The notes under the pieces were generated by a model. That model was given only the letters and a program-made list of their open reading frames with translations. It had not been told where the DNA came from and ran no database searches. 64,000 nt of DNA. It comes from Methanotrichaceae archaeon. GTDB taxonomy: Archaea > Halobacteriota > Methanosarcinia > Methanotrichales > Methanotrichaceae. The stretch covers positions 32,001 through 96,000 of the forward strand of contig CAWEXU010000007.1 of assembly GCA_963813075.1 (NCBI GenBank). Direction: 5' to 3'. Within the stretch, counting starts at the first letter, position 1; every line of letters starts with the position of its first letter. Of this stretch, positions 33,648-44,681 are shown piece by piece. The translations under genes were made by a program, and so were the position numbers.

Positions 33648-34382
33648 ATGGGATATGTGACTATTGTGCAACCTCTGGTCTTCACCCTGGCCAGAATTGA
33701 GAACCTGATGCATCAGGTGAGCTTCGATCCAGCGGAGATGAAAGGCAAGATCATCACCAATACCACCAGGGTCAAAAAAGATGTCCTGGACGATACGTTA
33801 GCCGTCTTCTATGATACCATTAACAGCGGACTCGCAGTATCGCCGATGATCAAGGTCGCGGAAGGAAAGAGGCTGGTAAAGATCAAGACCGCTTGCAGCC
33901 TGACCCTCTGCGGCGTCCTGCTCAAGCATGGCATACCGGTCCATCCCCGGGGCGGAGGTCTGGTGGAGGTGGTGGAGAGGGAGCCGACCAGATTCACTGA
34001 TATGCTCATGTATTGGGCTACCACGGTCGATCCAATAGACGTCCTGACCGCCCAGGGGCTGATGGACATCAACGGAATGATGCGCACTGGAAACGGCCGG
34101 ATCCTGGGCAACCTCCATGAGGCGCCTATGCTCGCCCGGGACAAAATCGAGGATGTGCTTGACAATCTGGCCCGGGCGGGATTTGCCGGGGTGCTGGAGC
34201 TGGGCCAGCCGAATATGAATGTGCTCGGGGTCTCTGTGGAAAGAGATCATGTGGGACTGGCGCTGGTGGGAGGAACCAATCTGGTGGCTGCAGCGAGGGA
34301 GTGTGAGATCGAGGTGGTGCACGAGTCCATCAGCGACCTGACGGATATTGCCGAGATGAAGCATATCGAAGAGCTTCTTTAA
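33648..34382 (+). CDS. NrpR regulatory-domain (DUF128) protein, NrpRII-like
   Basis: G.IITN, TACSLTLCGVLLKHGIP..GGG, TVDPIDV, GGTN; no N-terminal wHTH. Confidence 0.8.
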   Translation: MGYVTIVQPLVFTLARIENLMHQVSFDPAEMKGKIITNTTRVKKDVLDDTLAVFYDTINSGLAVSPMIKVAEGKRLVKIKTACSLTLCGVLLKHGIPVHPRGGGLVEVVEREPTRFTDMLMYWATTVDPIDVLTAQGLMDINGMMRTGNGRILGNLHEAPMLARDKIEDVLDNLARAGFAGVLELGQPNMNVLGVSVERDHVGLALVGGTNLVAAARECEIEVVHESISDLTDIAEMKHIEELL

Positions 34383-34421
34383 AAGAATTGTTCTTATATC
34401 ACAAGCGATCAATTCCCCTTT

Positions 34422-36157
34422 GTGATCGATTCCGCCAAGAACCGCGAGATAGCTGGCGTTCTCTACCAGATGGCAGAGCTCTTAGAGCTGCATGACCAGA
34501 ACCGCTTCAAGATAATTGCCTACAGCAAAGCGGCAAGGGCAATTGAATCCCTGAAAGAGGATATCGAGCAGGTCTGCCGGGAAAAGAGGCTCCAGTCCAT
34601 TCCCGGGGTTGGCAAGGCGATAGCAGAGAAGATCGAGGAGTACCTGCGCACTGGGAAGATTCAGTCCCATCAGGATCTCCTGGCGATAACCCCTCCCGGC
34701 CTGGCTGAGCTTCTCCAGATCTCAGGCCTGGGCCCAAAGACGGTCTTTATGCTCCATGAGAAGCTGAACATAACCAATCTGGATGAGCTGGAGAAGGCAG
34801 CAAAAGAGCACCGGATTCGCCGGCTTCCCAGGATGGGTGAGGTTCGCGAGAAGAATATAATAAAGTCCATCGAAAGGTACAGGAAGCGAAGCTATCGCAT
34901 TCTCTATAGCTCTGCCGAGCCCATTGTAAATGAGATCCTGGCATACCTGGGCAGGATGGAGGGGCTTGGAGCATGCCACTGCCGCAGGCAGCTACCGCAG
35001 GAGACGGGAGACGGTGGGTGATGTCGATATCCTGGCCACCGCAGCAAGGCCGGAGGAGATCGTGGCGGCATTTGTGAGAATGCCCCTGGTGGAAGAGGTC
35101 CTGGCCAAAGGTCCCACCAAAGCAAGCGTCATCATGAATGATACCATCCAGGTGGATCTGAGGATAGTTGAGCACCGATCATATGGCACTGTTCTGCAAT
35201 ACTTCACCGGCTCCAAGGAGCATAACGTCCGCATGCGCCAGCTGGCTTTGGATCGAGGCTATTCCCTGAGCGAGTACTCCCTCACCCGGCTGGCCGATGG
35301 CCAGGATCTGTTCTTCGACAAAGAGGAGGATGTTTACCTGGCTTTAGGCGTGGAGTACATCCATCCTGAGCTGCGGGAGGACCGGGGAGAAGTCGAGGCG
35401 GCATTGGGAGGCCGGCTTCCCAGGCTCATCGAGCAGGAGGACATAAAAGGCGACTTGCATGTCCACAGCAGCTGGTCGGATGGAAGAGCCTCGATTATCG
35501 AGCTGGCCAATGCCGCCCGAGACTTGGGCTATGAGTATATCGCATTATCCGACCATTCTCCATCTGTCGGCATCGCCGGCGGTATCGGGACAGATAAAAT
35601 GGAGGAGAAGATCGAGGCGGTGGCAGCGGCAAATGAGAATCTGGAGGGAATCGCTGTCCTGATGGGGGCGGAGGTGGACATTAAAGGCGGACGGCAGCCT
35701 GGACTATCCCGATTCTCTCCTGGAGAGGATGGATGTGGTTGTGGCATCAGTTCACATGGCCCAGCAGCAGAAGGAAAGGGCGATCACAGGACGGCTGATC
35801 TCGGCCATAGAAAACGAGAACGTGGATATCATCGGCCACCCCACGGGAAGGATCATCAACCAGCGAGAGCCGTCGGATATGGACTTCCAGGCGGTCCTGG
35901 ATGCCGCGGCAAGGACGGGCACCATTCTGGAGATCAATGCTAACCCCGGCCGTCTGGACCTGAATGATTTGAATGCCAGAGCGGCGAAGGAGATGGGGGT
36001 TAGGATGAGCATCAACTCCGATGCCCACGATGCCCAGCAGCTGCTCTATATGAGATATGGAGTGAACGTCGCCCGGAGGGCCTGGCTGGAGAAGAAGGAT
36101 ATCCTCAATGCTATGGATTTAAGGGATCTTCTCCGGTTTCTTAAAGAGAAGGATTAG
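34422..36157 (+). CDS. polX: Family X DNA polymerase with PHP domain (2 frameshifts)
   Basis: HhH IPGVG, GSYRR..GDVDIL, YFTGSKEHN, DLHVHS.WSDG, HPTGR, NSDAH. Confidence 0.93.
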
Positions 36158-36375
36158 CCGCCAGGATCTGGCGGGCTGATCAAATGCTTCATAGTTTGTG
36201 CTAAATATTCTTAGTTGTGCCATAAAATCCTTATTAGTTAGACTCGTATTATTGAATCAGAGGCTTAATGGGATCTTATGCCCTGTCTAACTTCGTATGC
36301 AATCGGCTGGATGAGGCCTGCTGCAGACGGATGGGAGCCTCAAGATGAGAATGCTATAAAAAAAGGAGATGTCAC

Positions 36376-36534
36376 ATGCCCAAGATAATTGATTTCGACC
36401 TCCCAGAATCGCTGGCCAACTCTCTGAAGGCTTATGCCGTGAAAACAAAGGCTAGTAGCATAGATCACAGCCAAATTGTGGAAGCGGCATTGATTGAGTT
36501 CTTCGAGAAGCGTGGCGTCAGAGTTGATACTTGA
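36376..36534 (+). CDS. Small (52 aa) ribbon-helix-helix-like protein, absent from ORF track
   Basis: AGGAG upstream; MPKIIDFDLPESLANSLKAYAVKTKASSIDHSQIVEAALIEFFEKRGVRVDT*. Confidence 0.75.
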   Translation: MPKIIDFDLPESLANSLKAYAVKTKASSIDHSQIVEAALIEFFEKRGVRVDT

Positions 36535-36610
36535 AGAGGATTTGTTGGATGCGGGATTGTGTCCAGGTAGTCTGCCAGACGGAATCCAGCATCCAGATAA
36601 GTTTATCCTT

Positions 36611-37888
36611 TTAGTCCTCCATTATATCCCGAAAGATGGTCTGCTCTCTTCCCGGTCCTACAGATACCGCAGAGATCTCCACCCCAAGCAGGTCCTCTAA
36701 TTTTTCCACATAATCCCTGGCGTTCTCCGGCAGATCATCATAGTCTCCGATCCCGGTTATATCCTCGGTCCAGCCAGCCACCTCCTCATAGACTGGCTTG
36801 CAGCGGGCGAAGTCTACGGTGCTCTCCGGCGGATAGCCAAGGGTTTCGCCGTCCAGCTCATAGCCCACACAGATCTTTATGGGATTGATGCCCGTGAGCA
36901 CATCAAGCTTGGTGAGGGCAAGCTCAGTGTAGCCGTTCAGATATACGGACTTCAGGCCCAAGACGGCATCAAACCAGCCGCATCTGCGCGCTCTTCCGGT
37001 GGTCGTGCCGTACTCGCTACCCTTCTCTCTCATCTGCTCACCCAGGGAATCGACCAGCTCCGTGGGCATGGGCCCCTCGCCCACCCGGGTGATGTAGGCC
37101 TTGATCACTCCCACCACGTTGTCAACCATCACCGGGCCGACGCCCAGGTTTGCGCAGGCGCTTCCAGCAATGGTGAAGCTGGAGGTGACGAACTTCTGGG
37201 TGCCGTGGATGACATCTAAAAATGCCCCCTGAGCCCCTTCAGCCAGAACGCTCTTCTCCTCCAGGATAGCGATGTTGATCTCTCGGGAGACATCGGTGAT
37301 CCTGCTCTTCAATTTCTTTCCGATCTCCAGATACTCATCGATGTAAGGAGCATACCTGACCACGGTTGGGTCGCCGCCCATATCCAGGATGGCCTTCTCC
37401 TTGCCAGGTGCTATCTCCTTGAGCTTGGCTTCCAGCAATGCAGGATCGGTGAGGTCACCCATCTGGACCTCCTCGCGAGCGATCTTGTCCACATAGGCAA
37501 ATCCAATGCCACGGTTTGTGGTCCCGATCTTCTCCGTCCTCGCCTTCTCACGCAGGCCGTCCAGCTCGATGTGATAGGGCATGATGATCGTCGTCTTGGG
37601 ATCGATTCCCAAATCGACCTTAATGCCTTCAGACTCCAGGGACTGAATCTCATTCCACAGAACCCGGGGGTTAAGGACCACACCCGGTCCGATCAGAAGC
37701 CGGCGACCGAAGATAGCGCCGCTGGGGACCAGATGGAGCTTGTATGTCTTTCCTCCCACGACCACGGTATGGCCGGCATTGTCGCCCCCCTGGAAGCGAA
37801 CAATGACATCGTAGTTCTCTGCCAGTAGATCTATAACCTTCCCTTTTCCCTCATCACCAAACTGCGCACCGGTGAGTATTGTAAACAT
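36611..37888 (-). CDS. purA: Adenylosuccinate synthetase
   Basis: GAQFGDEGKGK, GGDNAGHT, EGAQG, TTTGRARRCGWFD, TKLDVL. Confidence 0.98.
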   Translation of the reverse strand: MFTILTGAQFGDEGKGKVIDLLAENYDVIVRFQGGDNAGHTVVVGGKTYKLHLVPSGAIFGRRLLIGPGVVLNPRVLWNEIQSLESEGIKVDLGIDPKTTIIMPYHIELDGLREKARTEKIGTTNRGIGFAYVDKIAREEVQMGDLTDPALLEAKLKEIAPGKEKAILDMGGDPTVVRYAPYIDEYLEIGKKLKSRITDVSREINIAILEEKSVLAEGAQGAFLDVIHGTQKFVTSSFTIAGSACANLGVGPVMVDNVVGVIKAYITRVGEGPMPTELVDSLGEQMREKGSEYGTTTGRARRCGWFDAVLGLKSVYLNGYTELALTKLDVLTGINPIKICVGYELDGETLGYPPESTVDFARCKPVYEEVAGWTEDITGIGDYDDLPENARDYVEKLEDLLGVEISAVSVGPGREQTIFRDIMED

Positions 37889-37918
37889 ACTTCTTGAGAT
37901 GTCGGGCCACGTAGATAA

Positions 37919-38834
37919 CTATTTTGATGGAAATCGTCCTCTTCTGCGATCCAGATTGGAGCAGACATACTCGGCGATCGCTTCTGTGACATCCAATCCC
38001 TGGGCCTCATAGATCCCTTTGCCTGATGGGGTGCCGTTCACCTCGATTACCGTCAGGCCCTCTCTCTTCTCCAGGAGGTCGACGCCGCAATATACAGCGC
38101 CAATGGCACGGGCAGACCTCACCGCCAGCTCTTCCAACTCACCTGTCACAGGGCAGGGGGTGGGCCGGCCGCCGCGCGCCAGGTTGCTGATCCATTCTCC
38201 CGGCGGAGCATTGCGGTAGATGGCTCCCTGCAATCTTCCGTCCACCACGAAGGCCCGGATGTCGCGCGGCAAGGCGGAGGCAACGGTGATGAACTCCTGC
38301 AGGTAGACCAGACCATTGGCCTCAACTATGCTCCGCAACCTTTCGATGTCCGACTGCTCGCTGCTCTTTAGGAGGATGATATCCTTTCCTTTATAGCCGA
38401 ACAGAGGCTTGGATACCGCCTTTCCGAAGGAATGCAGGGCCTCCTCGGCAACCTCTGGGCTGGTGGTGACCACAGTCCTCGGTGTGGGCACCGAAGCGTC
38501 ATGCAGCCTCCTGGATGTAGCATACTTGTTTGCCGCACTGGAGATGGCCTCCGGGGGATTTATGACTGAGATTCCCAACTCCACGAGGGCAGTCAGGGCC
38601 TCGAAGCGAAAGGAGACATCCACTGCCCCCCGCCTCCCCAGGTCACGGACCACCAGGGCGTCCAGGTCCAAAAGGTCGGTCCCGCCGCATCTGAAATCCA
38701 GATCCCCGTCGATGCCGCTTTTAAGCTCTGAGAAATCAAGGAACGTCGCATCCATCTGCCGCCGGGAAAATGAGGCCATTAAAGCGCTGAGCCGTCCAGT
38801 CGTCCCGGTCGGAGACCACGATTCCAACTTTCAT
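37919..38834 (-). CDS. mptN: RimK-family ATP-grasp ligase, probably tetrahydromethanopterin:alpha-L-glutamate ligase (frameshift near 5' end)
   Basis: VVRDLG, KPLFGYKG, WISNLARGG, EVNGTPSG; start MKVGIVV at 38834 is in another frame. Confidence 0.75.
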
Positions 38835-38866
38835 GGGCGAGAGTTGGCGATCAGATATAATATCTT

Positions 38867-38964
38867 GATTGTATCCAAGCCTCCCCGGCGTTGAGGGGGA
38901 CGCCAGTTGGCCGCGGCCCGGAGGGACGACTCGCGATGCCCACTAAAAAACAATTTGCGTAGAT
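38867..38964. repeat. Dispersed structured repeat, copy C
   Basis: 33 bp identical to 2851-2883, then cgactcgcg..gcccact-A6..gtagat. Confidence 0.85.
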
Positions 38965-39078
38965 AATATGTGAAAAGGACATCTGCTAACTTTTTAATGA
39001 TTCAGCCAACTGCATCGATTTCTTAAGGCGCAAGGCATCACGACAAAAGGTATCAAATACCAATACTGCCTAAGGACT

Positions 39079-39321
39079 ATGGCGATGAAGACATTACATT
39101 ATAGAGTTCTGCTTCGAAAAGAGGATGATGGAACCTATACAGTGATTGTGCCCTCGCTACCAGGCTGCCTGACCTTCGGCAGGACGGTTGAGGAAGCGAT
39201 GGAGATGGCAAAGGAGGCCATTGAAGGCTTTATAGCTTGCATGATTGAACGCGGTGAAGAAGTTCCCATCGAAGACAGCGATTCTGTAGTATGTACCATT
39301 GCAGTTGAAGCAAACGCCTGA
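39079..39321 (+). CDS. hicB: HicB-family antitoxin
   Basis: Y.V.VPSLPGCLTFG.T.EEA..MAKEAI. Confidence 0.92.
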   Translation: MAMKTLHYRVLLRKEDDGTYTVIVPSLPGCLTFGRTVEEAMEMAKEAIEGFIACMIERGEEVPIEDSDSVVCTIAVEANA

Positions 39322-39350
39322 ATCTCTGGATAGCAATCAACAACACTAGA

Positions 39351-39575
39351 ATGGCGAAGTTACCCTCAATATCACCTGAAAAGCTGGCAAGAGTTCTTGA
39401 AAAGTGCGGATTCAAACTCGAAAGTATCAGGGGTAGCCATCACTTCTATTACAATTCATCAACAGAAAAATCAGCCGTGGTTCCGTTTCATGGAAATGAC
39501 GTTCCAAAGGGCTTGTTGAATGAGATCTTAAAGGAGGCAGACATAAGTCGTGATGAGTTCTTTGAGAATCTTTAA
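39351..39575 (+). CDS. hicA: HicA-family mRNA interferase toxin
   Basis: LEKCGF...RGSHH...VVPFH...KGLL..ILKEA. Confidence 0.92.
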   Translation: MAKLPSISPEKLARVLEKCGFKLESIRGSHHFYYNSSTEKSAVVPFHGNDVPKGLLNEILKEADISRDEFFENL

Positions 39576-39741
39576 GGCTGCTTATGTTGAAGATGGATGC
39601 TTTAGTCATCCTGTGAACGACGCTCAAATATATCGCGCCGCTGGATCCCATATCGATCCTTATGAAATCATTTACATTATCATCGGTGATGTGATCTCAT
39701 TCATTTATATCAAATCTACTTCATGAAAAAAAGTATTCCGC

Positions 39742-41713
39742 TCAGCCGAGGAGCGGAATCATATCAAGGGCCTTGGGGTTGACGACAGCGGACGTGTCGG
39801 CAATCTTCTCTCCCAGAGCCCGAGCCTTGATCAAGGGGCGCACTGGCTTTCCGGCCTTGTTCCTGGGGATATCCTCAACGAATATCACATCCGAGGGTAT
39901 GGCAATCGGCCCCAGGGTCTTGCGCACGAAGGTCTTGATATCCTTCTGCAGGTTGGCGTCACCCTTAACGCCGGGGTTGAGGACGGCATAGACCACAATG
40001 CTCTCGCCCTTCACCTTGTCCGGCTTGCCTACCACCGCCGCAGCTGCCACTGACGGGATGCTTTTCGGCTGAGGCCTCCACCTCTGCATTGGAGATCCGG
40101 TGGCCGGCAACTTTGAGGACATCGTCTCCCCGTCCCAGGGCCCAGATGTAGCCATCCTCGTCCACCCGGGCCTTATCTCCGGAGAAGTATTTGCCCGGGA
40201 AGGTGGACCAGTAGGTCTCATTATACTGAGCTGGATCCCGATAGATCTCCCTGAGCATGGACGGCCAGGGCTCGGTGATGATGATATCTCCCGTGGCCCC
40301 AACCGCTGCAGGCTGGCCGTTCTCATCCACCACCAGGACATTGTATCCGGGCAGGGGGAAGGAGGGCGATCCGGGCTTGAGCGGGGTTATGGGCAGGGGG
40401 GCGATAACCTGAGCGCAGGTCTCGCTCTGGAACCAGGTGTCCATAATGGGAGCAGACCCGCCGCCGACATACTTTCTCCACCAGATGAAGGCATCGGGGT
40501 TCATGGCTTCGCCCACTGATCCCATCAGCCGGACGGTGGAGAGGTCGTACTTCTGCGGCCAATTCGGTCCCTCGTTCATGAACATCCTGATGGCGGTGGG
40601 TGCGGTATAGATCACACTGACCCCGTACTCCTCGATGATGGAGAACCAGCGGCCAAAGTCGGGATAGTCGGGTGAGCCCTCATACATGACGCTCGTCGCT
40701 CCCACACAAAGCGGTCCGTAGGCGATGTAGCTGTGCCCGGTGATCCATCCGATGTCTGCCGTGCACCAGTAGACATCGGTATCCTTGATATCAAAAACCC
40801 AGGAGGTGGTGTATGCGGGCCCAACGCTGGTCCCGGCATGGGTATGAACTATTCCTCTGGGCTTGCCTCCAGCGCCTGCGGTGTAGAGGATGAAGAGAGG
40901 ATCTGCAGAGTCCATGGGCAGCGTGTCGAATGTTGCCGGCTGGCCGGCCACAAAGTCGTCCCACCAGACATCCCTTCCCTCCTGCATGGCAGTCTCCTGG
41001 CCGTTCCTCTTTACCACTACCACCTTCTCGATGCAATCAAGTCCGGCGATGGCCTCATCCGCCTGGGGTTTGGTGGCGATGGGCTTTCCTCTGCGGTAAG
41101 AGCCGTCGCAGGTGATCAGAACCTTGGGCTGGCAGTCATCCAGGCGGTCGCGGATGGCGACGGCAGAGAATCCTGAGAAGACCACCACATGGATGGCGCC
41201 CAGCTTTGCGCAGGCGAGCATGGCCACCGGCAGCTCGGGAATCATGGGCAGGTAGATTCCAACCCGATCGCCCTTCTTGACCCCCATCTTCTGGAGGGCA
41301 TTGGCAAATCGATTTACATCTCTGTAAAGCTCGTAGTAGGTTATCTTGCGCACGTCGCCCACCGGCTCGCCCACAAAGATGTAGGCCAGTTTGTTCCGCC
41401 GCCATGATTTGGCGTGCCTGTCTACGGCATTATGGGCGATATTGATCTTGCCGCCGGTAAACCATTTGGCAAAGGGGGCTTTCCACTGCAGAACATCACT
41501 GTAGGGCTCAAACCAGTCGGCATAGGTCCTGGCCATCTCATCCCAGAACTGGACATAGTTCTCCGAGCACCAGGCTCTCAGCTCTTTCTCCGACTTCATG
41601 CCCTTCTCTTTCATCCAGGCCATAACAATAGAGTTCTCGACAAGGTCCTTGGGCGGATAGAACAGGCCGCCATTAGGGGTCTGAGCAGAATTTTCTGTTT
41701 TATTATCAACCAT
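39742..41713 (-). CDS. acs: Acetyl-CoA synthetase paralog with divergent motifs (frameshift near 40065)
   Basis: [24 protein letters not shown]-loop YTAGAGGKPRG and C-terminal PRNKAGK are atypical. Confidence 0.9.
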
Positions 41714-42411
41714 TTTAAATCGCCTTACTATATTAGAGCTTTAAAAGGCATTATTTGTCTTTATGTGATTTATTCACCTTTGATTAATTGTTTGTAACAC
41801 TGGAATGCCTTTTAGACAATTGATAAGGTTTTCATTACAAGGATATAAATTTGTTGAATCCTATTTATGATGATATATTCTCTTTTAACCTCTTTTATCT
41901 TCAATGGTCTTTAAATTTAGATTCTTAGTGTTGTTTGCCTCAATATATTCTTATTTGTTAAGAAAAGCAAATTCAGTGGCTATCTACAATTACATCCAAT
42001 CCCCGGATGATTTGAAGGTCATAATTGGAAGAGCATAGCTATCGTAAATGGCCATAATACATCAGAATCAATGATTATGATAAGCAGCCTCCACCGACCA
42101 GGACGTTGCCCCTGGCGGTAATGGATACATTTCATCACGATTCCTCAAATCAGGGGCATCAAATCAGCAGCATAATTGTAATCATTCATTTTTGCGTCTA
42201 TTTGACATGATCCTTGGAATTTGATGAGCATTAAGGGTAAATATGGTTGCGACGGATCATGCCAATGAAGTTCAAGGAAGAATAGAGGCTGAAAGAGGAG
42301 CTTGCTTGGCAGGGGGAGGACCCTTTCGCCCAGGTGCGGCTTGGATATCAAGAGGCCCAAAGGGAAGATAAGGAGGCGAACAGGTCCAAAGCCATTCATT
42401 CAATATCGGAT

Positions 42412-43044
42412 TCAACCATATCCATATCTAACCATCTCCCGCAGGCCATCTCTGAATACTTGAAAGCTTTTGGAATTATTTTTATCTGGCTCCATGTATG
42501 CAGAAATAGTCTTTGCAGCCTCTATTTTGCGCAGACCTCCAATAAAATATCCCGATCTTTTTAGCTCACGCTCCATTGACTCCCATGTTCCTCCTTTTAT
42601 CGAATCCGGGTCTTTGTATCTTGATTTGTGTCCAAGCGTCTTAGGAGTCTTTGGATAAGCCTGATTGAGAGCTTGAACATCTCCGAAAAACCATGCTTCA
42701 AGCTCTTCTATGGCAATTCTGTTCAGGACTTGGAATCTTGGATGGTTGTCTATGCTACCAGCCTTTGTTCGAGTTATCAGCCCTGCAGCATCCGCGGCCC
42801 TATCCATCCGTTCCTTGAGAGCTATGCAATTGGATCGATCTTCATCAACCAGTACAACGATTCTCCAGTCCCTGGGCAACCATTTGGCATAGCCTCGCAT
42901 TACCTGTGGCAGTTTTGATAGAAGATCATTCTTGCACTGATAGGGATGAATCTCGAAAGATGCACTTGTGCCCAAGATCTTGGGCACTATATTGAGGAGG
43001 GCAGCTTCTGCAGAGGGCTCTTCCACTAAAAATACTATATGCAT
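42412..43044 (-). CDS. DUF4276-like (TOPRIM-like) protein
   Basis: FLVEEPS, VLVDED, IEELEAWFFGD, N.SKSF. Confidence 0.8.
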   Translation of the reverse strand: MHIVFLVEEPSAEAALLNIVPKILGTSASFEIHPYQCKNDLLSKLPQVMRGYAKWLPRDWRIVVLVDEDRSNCIALKERMDRAADAAGLITRTKAGSIDNHPRFQVLNRIAIEELEAWFFGDVQALNQAYPKTPKTLGHKSRYKDPDSIKGGTWESMERELKRSGYFIGGLRKIEAAKTISAYMEPDKNNSKSFQVFRDGLREMVRYGYG

Positions 43045-43050
43045 GAACCA

Positions 43051-44310
43051 TTACTCCGCATGGAGCTTTGCGGTCCGGCTTGACGACAGGCGTCTTGGAC
43101 CTCCAGATTCTGTCAATGGATCGCCGACTTCAAAGTAGCCCTCCATCCAGAGGTAACCAAGCTGTGCGCCTTCATCCATAAACTCCGTGATTCCTCGCAT
43201 ATCTGCAGCACGGCGGGCCTGTGTGTAACCCTGTTCATCCCTGTAGAGCACCCAAAGCTCCTCCGGCCTGAGACCGTTCACAAAGAAAGGTGAATGGGAG
43301 GTAACCATAAGCTGGGTTCGGGCTGTGGCCCGTCTGCACTCCTCCGCGAGTTCCGGCAAGAGCCTGGGATGAAGCTGGTTTTCCGGCTCTTCGATTCCAA
43401 TGAGCTGAGGCGGCTGTGGATCATAGAGCAGAGTGAGGTAGGCCAGCATCTTAAGGGTACCGTCGGATGCGAATTTCGCCAGTATCGGCTGATCAAAAGG
43501 AGCATCCTTGATCTGCAAGAGAAGCCGGCCGTCTGGCATGAATTCGGAATCAACTTTTTCCAGTCGTGGAATCCGACGAGATAATGTATCCAGGATCAGA
43601 TTCAAACGGTCCTCGTGCTGTTCCTTCAAATACTGAATGACATTGGGTAGATTGTCGCCGGTTGCGGACAGCCGCTCTTGAGGACCTGCCTCAGAGAAGC
43701 CCCTGGTGCTATCCGCGGTAAGATATGAAAGATACCATCCGGTTATGAACTGGCGCAAGGCACTCACCCTTGGATTTTTGGCAAGCTGGCCAAGCGCATT
43801 AACAGCAAGCACATCAGGAGACGTCAGCATCTCATGGATCCTATCGCCCATTTCCACCGGTTTTTCTCCAGCAACCACCTGTCCCTCTCCATTTTTGAAA
43901 TCGAGAAACTTAAATGGCTTTCCTTGCTGACCTCTTCTCCATTGTAGCCATTCCTCGGCTACATAAGGACCGCTGATGCCTTCGTCAATGGAGAGGTGAT
44001 AGGTTATGATTGGCATATCGCTTCTCTCACGGTATTTCAGCTCGATCTCAATAGGACCACTGGATCCCCGAGAGCGGAGCTCTTTGAAGCGACCCCGTTT
44101 ATCCAGAGCCTTTCGCAGGCCCACTGAGAAGCATTCCGAGAGAAAGGCAAAAACATCGAAGATGGTAGACTTCCCGCTGCCGTTTGGTCCGAGGAAGACG
44201 GTTAAAGGGGTGATGCCTCTGAGCTCAAGGTTTCGAAGGGCCCTATAATTCTTTATCTTGATATATTCGATTCTCGGAACCGAAGGTCTGGAGCGGTCTT
44301 CTTCAGTCAT
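43051..44310 (-). CDS. ABC/SMC-like ATPase (AAA_21 type)
   Basis: [15 protein letters not shown], signature SDGT, Walker [17 protein letters not shown]. Confidence 0.92.
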   Translation of the reverse strand: MTEEDRSRPSVPRIEYIKIKNYRALRNLELRGITPLTVFLGPNGSGKSTIFDVFAFLSECFSVGLRKALDKRGRFKELRSRGSSGPIEIELKYRERSDMPIITYHLSIDEGISGPYVAEEWLQWRRGQQGKPFKFLDFKNGEGQVVAGEKPVEMGDRIHEMLTSPDVLAVNALGQLAKNPRVSALRQFITGWYLSYLTADSTRGFSEAGPQERLSATGDNLPNVIQYLKEQHEDRLNLILDTLSRRIPRLEKVDSEFMPDGRLLLQIKDAPFDQPILAKFASDGTLKMLAYLTLLYDPQPPQLIGIEEPENQLHPRLLPELAEECRRATARTQLMVTSHSPFFVNGLRPEELWVLYRDEQGYTQARRAADMRGITEFMDEGAQLGYLWMEGYFEVGDPLTESGGPRRLSSSRTAKLHAE

Positions 44311-44681
44311 GTCTCTATCTCCGATGGATCATTATATTATTTATCATAATCGAGATAACCTTTGGCAGTGAATCTCATCTTGTTCAGGTCTCAATGAATG
44401 AACTATTCAAAGCCTGAAACAGATTCTGGTAGGTTATTCAGGGATTCTCAATCCGGGAGATAACTTGGCCAATACTTCCAGGATCTGAAGGATACGAGGA
44501 TACGCCTGAGCACTCCCCAAGACAAGCCTTGCGGAAAGAGCTGGATAATCCTGGGCAGGCCTTAATGCAGCTTTCTCTGAAAAGTCAGATGCAGAATAAA
44601 GACTGGGCTGAATAAAATCCAGGCTGAATGAAACCAGAACGAAAACCAGACTAATAAAAAAAAGGGAGGGTGATATCCCGC

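Noticed and set aside
42145..42411. Possible small ORF or gene remnant downstream of DUF4276
   Set aside because: No consistent frame or recognisable motif
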